A stretch of 64,000 nt of DNA from an uncultured Candidatus Rokubacteria bacterium (GTDB lineage Bacteria; Methylomirabilota; Methylomirabilia; Rokubacteriales; CSP1-6): NCBI GenBank assembly GCA_963789955.1, contig CAWBMV010000001.1:64001-128000 (forward strand), in the 5' to 3' direction. The notes below the pieces were generated by a model. The model did not search any database. It was not told the DNA's origin and saw only the letters and a list, made by a program, of their open reading frames with translations. Positions 55,122 to 64,000 of the stretch are shown piece by piece. The position numbers and the translations under genes are program-made. Numbering within the stretch: position 1 is the first letter of the stretch; the number at the start of each line of letters is the position of its first letter.

Positions 55122-55903
55122 TCAGACGTCCCAGCCGCCGTCGACGGTGACCGACTGGCCCGGTCATGTTCGACGAGTCGTCCGAGACGAGGAAGAGCAC
55201 GGCGTTGGCGATGTCCTGCGCGATCGTCACGCGCCGGAGCGCCATCTCGTCCACGTACTCCTGGTACACCTGCTCCGGCGTCCAGCCGCGCTTCTTGGCC
55301 TTCTCGCGGCAGAGCTTGTCCATGCGGTCGCCGCCGACGATGCCGGGGTGCAGCGCGTTGACGTTGATGTTGTACGGGCCGGCCTCCAGCGCCACGGTGC
55401 GCGTGAAGCCGCGCAGCGCCCACTTCGACGACGAATAGGCCGCGCGATACTTGTAGCCGCGAAGCCCGGACGTGCCGCTGATGTTCACGATCTTGCCGTA
55501 GCGCTGCTTGATCATGGTCGGCAGCACGTGCTTGGTCGGCAGGAACGTGCCGCGCAGGTTCACCGCGATCACCTGGTCGAAGTCGTCGGCCTTGATCTCC
55601 CACACCGGTGTCTCGATCGGACCGGTCACGCCGGCGGCGTTGACGAGGATGTCGATGCGGCCGAATGCCTCGCGCGCGCTCGTGGCCAGGCGCTCGACGG
55701 CGGCCTCGTCGGTGACGTCGGTGGGCACCACGACGACCTTGCGGCCGAGCGCCGTCGATCTCGCGGCCGAGCGCCTCGAGCGGCGCCGTCTCGCGCGCGG
55801 CGATCGCCAGATTCGCGCCCTCGCGGGCGAGCGTCAGGCAGATGTCGCGGCCCATCCCCTTCGCGGCTCCGGTGACGACGGCGATCCGATCGGCGAGCTT
55901 CAT
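55122..55903 (-). CDS. SDR family oxidoreductase; frameshifts
   Basis: VTGAAKGMG, YSSSK, DGG. Confidence 0.92.
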
Positions 55904-57525
55904 GGAGCCTCTCCCTCCGCACGGTCACGCGCTTTCAGCTCGGCCGACCGATCTTCCGGCCGGCCGTAGCCGCCGCCGCCGCACGTCTCGATGACGACGA
56001 GGTCGTTGGCGGCCAGGCGCAGGGTCTCCTTGCCGCGGATCACGCGCTCGCGAGGTCCGGGATTCAAGGTGATCCGGAACGGCGCCGCGTCGCGCCCGCC
56101 GGCGAGCCCGTAGGGCGGGATCACGCGCCGGTCGAGCATGCTCGTCAAGGTGAGCTCCGAGGCCAGGATGCGATAGGCGCGCCGGAATCCGAGGCCGCCG
56201 CGATGGGCGCCGTCGCCGCCGGAGCCGAGGCGGAGCGCCTGCTCCTCGATCATGATCGGGTACTCGCCCTCGATGACCTCGATCGGCGTGTTCATCACGT
56301 TCGACATGTGCACGCGCACCGCGGAGGCGCCGTCCTTCGACGCGGTCGCGCCCTCGCCGCCGCCGTGCACCTCGTAGAGGATCGACCAGCGGCCGTCGGG
56401 CTGGCGCGCGCCGAAGATCAGGACGCCGGAGGTCGTCGGACCGCCCGCGGAGACGCGATCGGGCAGCGCGGGCGCCAGCGCCTTGACGATGGCGTCGACG
56501 ATGCGCTGACAGGTCTCGTGATTGCCGCCGACGACGGGACGGTCCGGATCGGCGCTCAAGACCGTGCGCGGTGGTACCAGGACGTGCAGCGGCCGGTAGC
56601 AGCCGTCGTTCGGCGGCACGTCCGGCGCGACGAGCGCCTTCATGGCGTAGTACACCGCGGAGCACGCGATGTAGTACGTCGTGTTCACGGGGCCGCGGAC
56701 CTGCGGCGAGGTGCCGGTGAAGTCGAAGCGCGCCTCGTCGCCCGCGATCTCGACGCGCACGTGAATGCGGATCGGCGTGTCGTCGACGCCGTCGTCGTCG
56801 ACCCAGTCCTCGCCTTCCCAGACGCCGTCCGGCAGCGCGCGGATGGCCGCGCGCATCTGCGCCTCCGACTCGTCGTGGAGCCGCTCGAAGCAGGCGTCGA
56901 TGGTCTCGGCGCCGTGATGGGCGAAGAGCTCTTGCAGCCGCCGGGCCGCGACGTCGTTGGCGGCGAACTGGGCCAAGATATCGCCCTCGCGCTCCTCGCG
57001 GCCGCGAAGATTCGAGAGGACGAAATCGATGGCCGGGCGCTCCGGGCCGTCGGCCGAGAACAGCTTGATCGGCGCGATGCGCAGGCCTTCCTGATAGGAC
57101 TCGGTGGCCCACGGCACGTAGCTGCCGGGCACCGCGCCGCCGATGTCGGCCCAGTGGGCCAGGTTGATCGCGAAGGCGACCAGTCGGCCGCCGACGAACA
57201 CCGGCCTCAGGGCCTTGACGTCGGGCAGGTGGTTGCCGCCCACCTCGGGAAGATTGAGGAACCAGACGTCGCCGTCGCGCAGCCGATCCTTCGGCACCCG
57301 CTTGAGAAACTCTTTGACGGTGAAGCCCATGACGCCCAGATGGATCGGGATGTCGCGACCCTGCGCGATGAGCCGCCCGTCGGCGTCGGTCAACGCCGAG
57401 GAGAGATCGCCCGCTTCCTTGAGGAGCGGCGAGCGCGCCGAGCGCATGACGATCACGCTCATCTCCTCGGCGATCGCGTAGAGCGCGTTGCGGACGACCT
57501 CGAGCGTCGCGGGATGCAAGGTCAC
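55900..57525 (-). CDS. Hydantoinase B/oxoprolinase family protein
   Basis: IAEEM, GGNHLPD, AHWADIGG, NTPIEVIE, SGGDG.HRGG, GGGGYG. Confidence 0.93.
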   Translation of the reverse strand: MTLHPATLEVVRNALYAIAEEMSVIVMRSARSPLLKEAGDLSSALTDADGRLIAQGRDIPIHLGVMGFTVKEFLKRVPKDRLRDGDVWFLNLPEVGGNHLPDVKALRPVFVGGRLVAFAINLAHWADIGGAVPGSYVPWATESYQEGLRIAPIKLFSADGPERPAIDFVLSNLRGREEREGDILAQFAANDVAARRLQELFAHHGAETIDACFERLHDESEAQMRAAIRALPDGVWEGEDWVDDDGVDDTPIRIHVRVEIAGDEARFDFTGTSPQVRGPVNTTYYIACSAVYYAMKALVAPDVPPNDGCYRPLHVLVPPRTVLSADPDRPVVGGNHETCQRIVDAIVKALAPALPDRVSAGGPTTSGVLIFGARQPDGRWSILYEVHGGGEGATASKDGASAVRVHMSNVMNTPIEVIEGEYPIMIEEQALRLGSGGDGAHRGGLGFRRAYRILASELTLTSMLDRRVIPPYGLAGGRDAAPFRITLNPGPRERVIRGKETLRLAANDLVVIETCGGGGYGRPEDRSAELKARDRAEGEAP

Positions 57526-59538
57526 GGCGCCACCTCGATCAGGAGATTGCCCAGGCGATCGGCCCGACAGCGCTGACCGGGATAGACGAGCGTCGTCGAC
57601 CACTCGTCTTCGACGAGCGCCGGGCCCGAGACCTCCTGGCCCGGCGGCAGCGCGCCGCGCTCGTACCGCGGCATCGCGAGCGGCTCGGCGCCCCGGAAGA
57701 ACGCGCGCAGCTCGCCGACCGGTTTCGCGGTGCCGGTGGCCGCGCTCGAGCCGAAGGTCAGCTCGTCGCGAACGAGCTGGGCGGACACTCTCAGATTCAC
57801 GCACTCGACGCTCTCGCCGGTCGCGTAGCCATAGAGCTGCCGGTGCCGGCGCTCGAACGTCGTCCGCAGCGCGTCCGGCGTGCCGGCGCCGTAGTCCACC
57901 TCGAGCTCGTAGTTCTGGCCGGCGTAGCGGAGGTCGACGCTGCGCTTCAGGAGCACGCGCTCGGCCGCGTGGCCCTCGTCGAGCAGCGGGGTCAGGCACT
58001 GCGACTCGAGCGCGCGCAGCCGGTCGGCGACGACCTTGGCATCCCACGACTCGAGACGCATGCGCTGCGTCTGCACCGCGTCGTACCGCAGCGGCGAGAC
58101 CAGGCACCCGAGCGCGGAGAACGCGCCGGAATGGGCCGGCACGACGATGCGCGCGATCCCGGCCTCGCGCGCGAGCGCGCCGGCGTGCACCGGCCCGGCG
58201 CCGCCGTAGGCGATCAACGTGAACTCGCGCAGATCGTAGCCGCGCTGCACCGAGACCAGCCGGAGCGCCCGCTGCATGTTCGCGTTGGCCACCTCGACCA
58301 CGGCGTGGGCCGCGTCGAGCAGCGACAGGCCGAAGCGACGCTGGATCGGCTCGAGCGCCCGCTCCGCGCGCGCGCGATCGAGCCGGATGGATCCGCCGTA
58401 GATCCGCTCCGGGTTGAGATAGCCGAGGATCAGGTTGGCGTCGCTCACGGTCGGCTCGGTCCCGCCCAGGCCGTAGCAGGCCGGTCCCGGCACCGCGCCC
58501 GAGCTCCGCGGACCCACCTTGAGGGCCCCGATCGCATCGATCGAGGCGATCGAGCCGCCCCCGGCCCCGATCGATTCGACGGCGACCGCGGGCAGGCGCA
58601 CCGGATAGTCGCCGAGCTTTCGCTGGCGCGCCGTCTCCGGGACGCCGTCGGTGATGAGGCACACGTCGGTGGTCGTGCCGCCCATGTCGAAGGCGAGCGC
58701 GCGCGAGAGATCGAGCGTGCGCGCGAGGTAGGCGGCGGCCGCGACGCCGGCGGCCGGACCCGACATCGCCATCGTGAGGGGCCGCGCCCGCGCGGCATCG
58801 ACGGACATCATGCCGCCGGCGGAGTGCAGAAGATGAAGCGGAATCGAGCCTGAGCCGACGGTCAAGCGCCCGACCAGATCGTCGATGTAGCGCGCGGCGA
58901 GCGGCATGACCGACGCGTTGAGCACGGTCGTGCACGTGCGTTCGTATTCGCGAAACTCGGCGTTGATCTCGCTCGAGACCGACACGTACGGAAAGTGCGC
59001 GGCGAGGGCCTGGCGCAGCGCCTGCTCGTGCGCCGGGTTCGCGTAGGCGTGCAGGAGACAGATCGCCACGCTCTCGACGCCCTGGCGCTTGAAGCGCTCG
59101 ATGATCGTCGGCATCTCGCCGAGGTCGAGCGGTGACGAGCACCGAGCCGTCGGGCCCGACCCGTTCGCCCACCTCGGCCCGGAGCCGGCGCGGCACCAGG
59201 GGCTCGGGCTTGGCGGGCAGATCGATCCGGTAGAGATGCGGCCGATTCATGCGGCCGATCGCGAGCACGTCGCCGAAGCCGCGCGTGGTGACGAGGCCGA
59301 CCGCGCCGACGCGGCGCTCGACGATCGCGTTCGTGACCAGCGTAGTCCCGTGGGCGAGTGACGCGCAGCGGCCCGCCACGCGGCCGATCGCCGCCAGACC
59401 GTCGAGCACGCCGCCCGCCGGATTGGCGGGCGTGGTCGGCACCTTCAGCGAGGTCGTCCGGCCGGAGGCATCACAGGCCACGAGGTCGGTGAACGTCCCG
59501 CCGACGTCGACACCCACGCGGACGCCTTCGGGTGTCAT
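57522..59538 (-). CDS. Hydantoinase A/oxoprolinase family protein; frameshift ~59130
   Basis: VDVGGTFTD, HGTT, SGPAAG, DMGGTTTD, IGAGGGS, YGGAG. Confidence 0.93.
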
Positions 59539-60093
59539 GCGATCCGGAACCGCGCCCGAATGTCGTCGGGTCGCTCGGAGTAGGGCGGGATCGGCTCGCT
59601 CGGATCGAAGGCCACGTCGACGACGAGCAGCGCCGGCGCTTTCGCGGCGCGGGCGCGCGGGAAGGCCGCGCGAAGCGCCGGCACGTCGCCGACCCGCTCG
59701 ACGTTCGCGATGCCGAATCCCTTCGCGAGCTCGAGCCAGCTCGACCGGCGCCGAGGGCAGCGCCTGACCGCCCGACGATTCATAGTGTCCGTTGACCCAC
59801 AGAAGCGCCGTCAGATTCGACGGGCGCGCGGCGGCGACGGTGGCGAGCACGTTCGGGCACATCAGCAAGGAGCCGTCACCCTCGAGCGCGACCACGTGGC
59901 GATCGGGGCGCTGTAGCGCCATGCCGAGCGCCAGCGGTATCGCCGCGCCCATCGAGTCGCACAGGGCGAAGACCGGCGCGGTCACGTTCAGATGAGGAAG
60001 GTAGCGCGAGTTGGCGCCGAGGCTCGAGACGAGGACGTCGCTGGGTGTCAGCATCGCGACCAGCGCCTCGAGCAGCGGCCGCCGCGGCGTCAC
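59535..60093 (-). CDS. Sulfopyruvate/phosphonopyruvate decarboxylase beta-like subunit (ComE-like); frameshift ~59740
   Basis: SMG, EGDGSLLM, N..YESSGGQ. Confidence 0.8.
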
Positions 60094-60580
60094 TCGACGT
60101 CCTCGCCGCTGATCAGGAGCACGGCCGGTCCGCTCGAGGCGACGGCCGATTCCACGCCGCGGACCACCTGCGCCTCGAGGTCGGTCGTGTGGTCGGCGAT
60201 CGCGAAAGGCAAGCCCCACGCGGAGAGCGTCGGCTCGGTCACGCGCCCTTTCGGTTGGTGATAGTAGATCGGGTCGCGCCGGTCGCCGCGGTAGGACACG
60301 ATGAAGAAGCACGGGATGCGGTAGAGGCTCACGAGGCCCGCCAGTACGCCGCCGCAGTTGAAGAGCCCGGCGTTCTGGATCAGCACCGCGCCACGGCCGC
60401 CCGCGAGGGTGGCGCCGCACGCGATCGCCACCGCTTCCTCCTCGCGCGCGGCGTCGACGGCACGAATCGTCTTCGATGTTCGCACCGCCGCCATCAGCTT
60501 GCCGATCCAGGTATCGGGCACGGAGGCCGCCAGGGTGACCCCGGCGGCCTCCAGGCCGGCGACGATCCGACTCGCGCCGC

Positions 60581-60584
<4 letters not shown>
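60090..60584 (-). CDS. Decarboxylase alpha-like subunit (ComD-like)
   Basis: [27 protein letters not shown] start overlaps the upstream stop. Confidence 0.8.
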
Positions 60585-61789
<1,205 letters not shown>

Positions 61790-61824
61790 CGTCCTCTCCC
61801 TTGAATCTGTCTCTTGTGCGTGCC

Positions 61825-63457
61825 TCAGTGCTGGTAGCGCGGCAGGGTCTTGAGCGGCGAGAAGAACACGGGTCTCATCATCCGCCCCACCGGCACCTCG
61901 ATCAGCACGGGCCGGTCCATCTGGATCGCGTCGGCGATGAGCTTGCCCACCTCGCCCGGCTCCTTCGCGCGCCGGCCCACGGCGCCGTAGGCCTCGGCGA
62001 GCCGGACGAAATCGGGATTGTGCAGCTCGGCCGCGAATTTCCCGCCCCAGTGCTCGTCGAGGTCTCGGGCGACGTTGCCGTAGGCGTTGTCGTTGAAGAC
62101 GACCGCGACGACGTTGATGCCTTGCTGGACGGCCGTGGCCATCTCCTGCGCGTAGTACATGAAGCCGCCGTCGCCCGAGATCATGACCACCGGACGGTTC
62201 GGCGTCGCCACCTTTGCGCCGAGCGCGGTCGGGTACTCGAATCCGAGATTGCCGGAGTACGACGACGTGATGTACGTGCGCGGCTGGTACACGGGGAAGA
62301 ACGGGCGCGAGAAGTAGCCCATCTGCGTCATGCCGGCGATGACCACCGCATCGTGCGGGATGCCCTGGCGCAGCGACCGGAGGATCGACGAGTTCGGCTC
62401 CTGGGTCATGAAGCCGGCGACTTCCTCGCGAATCTTCTCGCGCTCGGCCTTGTCCGAGGCGCGCGGCTTGCCGCCGGCGCGAAGCCGTTCCAGCAGCGCC
62501 TCGAGCGTCGCCTTCGCGTCGCCGACGAGCCCGGACGTCGTCTTGTGGTTCCGCCCGATCTCGTCGGGATCGGCGTCGATCTGGATCACCTGCTGGTCCG
62601 CCCGGAACATCGCGGCGGAGCACCGGCTCCCGACCGCCAGCACCACGTCGGCCGCGTCGAGATAGCGCCGCAGCGGGCTCTTCGGGAAGAGCCCGGCGCC
62701 GAGCGAGAGATCGCTCGCGTCGCTGATCGCGCCCTTGCCCTCGGCCGTCTCGACGACGCCGGCCTGCAGGTGCTCGGCGAGCGCGGCGAGCGCCGCGTGA
62801 GCGCCCGAGAGATGCACGCCGCCGCCCGCGTAGATGGCGACCCGCTGGGCGCGCAGCAGCATCTCGGCCGCGCGGTCGATGATCGGCCGCGGGCGCCGCG
62901 GGACGCAGCGGGTGCGCCGGCACGGCCGGCAGGGTCACGTCGACCTCTTCCTCCATCGTGTCCCACGGCATGTCGATCGCGACCGGCCGCGGGCGGCCGC
63001 TGCGCAGCTGCGCGAAGGCTTCGTGGACGATGCGAGGCGCGTCGGCCACCTGCATGATGGTCTGACGCCACTTCGTCGAGCCGGCGATGGCGTCGAGCTG
63101 GTTGTCGAGCTCGTGGAGCACGCCGATCTTCTTGCCGATCTGGTTGCGTGGAATCTGTCCGGCGATCATCAGCACGGGCGAGGAGGCCGCGTACGCGGTG
63201 TTCAGTCCCGCCGCCGCGTTGAGCAGGCCCGGTCCAGGCACGGCCACCGCGACGCCGATGCCGCCGCCGGCGCGCGCGTACCCGTCGGCCATGTAGGTCG
63301 ACGACCCCTCGTGGCGGACGGTGATGAACCGAATCGGCTCGTCCCGGAACGCGGTGACGATGCCATAGAGCTGAACGCCCGGGAGTCCGAACGCCACCTT
63401 CACGCCCTCGCGGGCGAGCGCCTTCACGATCGCTTCACCACCGGTCATCCGTGCCAT
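61825..63457 (-). CDS. Thiamine-diphosphate enzyme (acetolactate synthase-like); frameshift ~62880
   Basis: FGLPGVQ, RHE...MADGYAR, PGPG, GDGGF...ND. Confidence 0.92.
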
Positions 63458-63661
63458 CGACAGCTCCTCTGATTCATGAGCGCGCCTCGACCGGCGGGGC
63501 CCCAGCCCCGCGACGGTCTGCAGCGCGCGATGCGGATTCATGGGCGCGCCGCGGGCCGACGGGGCCCGGCGTGCGTCGCCCCAGAGTTAGGGCCGAAGCG
63601 TATCACGTGCGGCCGCCGGCCGTCTCCGCCCGCTCGCGGGGGTCTCGGGTACACTAGCCCG

Positions 63662-64000
63662 ATGCCCGAGCTGCCCGAGGTCGAAGCCGCCCGGCGCCTG
63701 CTGATGCGATCCGCCGTCGGCCGGCGCATCGTGAGCGCACGCGTCGTGCCGGACCCGATCGTGTACCAGGGCGTGAGCCCGGCGCGCATCCGGACGGCAC
63801 TCGTCGGTCGCCGGGTGCTCGCGGCGCACCGCCACGGCAAGCATCTCTGGGTCGAGCTCGACCGCCGACCCTGGCCGTGCTTTCACTTCGGGATGTCCGG
63901 TGGAATCGAGGTGCGCGGCCGGCAGCGCCAGCGGCTCATGGTGGAAGGGCGTCGGGCACGCGAGGAGTCGTGGCCGCCGCGGTTCCTCAAGCTGCACCTG
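63662..64000 (+). CDS. Fpg/Nei family DNA glycosylase, N-terminal part (3' truncated)
   Basis: Manual translation MPELPEVE...RHGKHLW...HFGMSG. Confidence 0.92.
   Translation, partial: MPELPEVEAARRLLMRSAVGRRIVSARVVPDPIVYQGVSPARIRTALVGRRVLAAHRHGKHLWVELDRRPWPCFHFGMSGGIEVRGRQRQRLMVEGRRAREESWPPRFLKLHL

Overview
High-GC (~70%) bacterial chromosome segment. The gene content (PF04392 substrate-binding protein, many small lipoproteins, CoA/TPP/Mo catabolic genes) suggests Candidatus Rokubacteria/Methylomirabilota, which is inference only. Single-base indels break roughly half of the genes, including clpP and tatC, so they are read as long-read consensus errors rather than pseudogenes. Housekeeping core: tRNA-Leu(TAG), tig, clpP, clpX, rsmI, thiD, tatC, a DEAD-box helicase and an Fpg/Nei glycosylase. 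About 5.5 kb of accessory DNA lies between tRNA-Leu and tig. It starts with a 1,032-bp integrase-less element with lambda-like att architecture (duplicated tRNA 3' half, 2+3 eleven-bp arm-type repeats, two IHF-consensus sites). An older, decayed island with a tyrosine-integrase C-terminal remnant follows. Other notable loci: a four-gene operon with two tandem QueG/RdhA-like Fe-S paralogues, a Mo-hydroxylase with an unusual AYRCFG loop, a lipoprotein NirK-cytochrome c fusion, a PemK/MazF TA module splitting a liv-type ABC operon, xfp-ackA, comDE-like plus hydantoinase genes, and a 150-bp palindrome next to an AraC gene with a local G/T codon skew.
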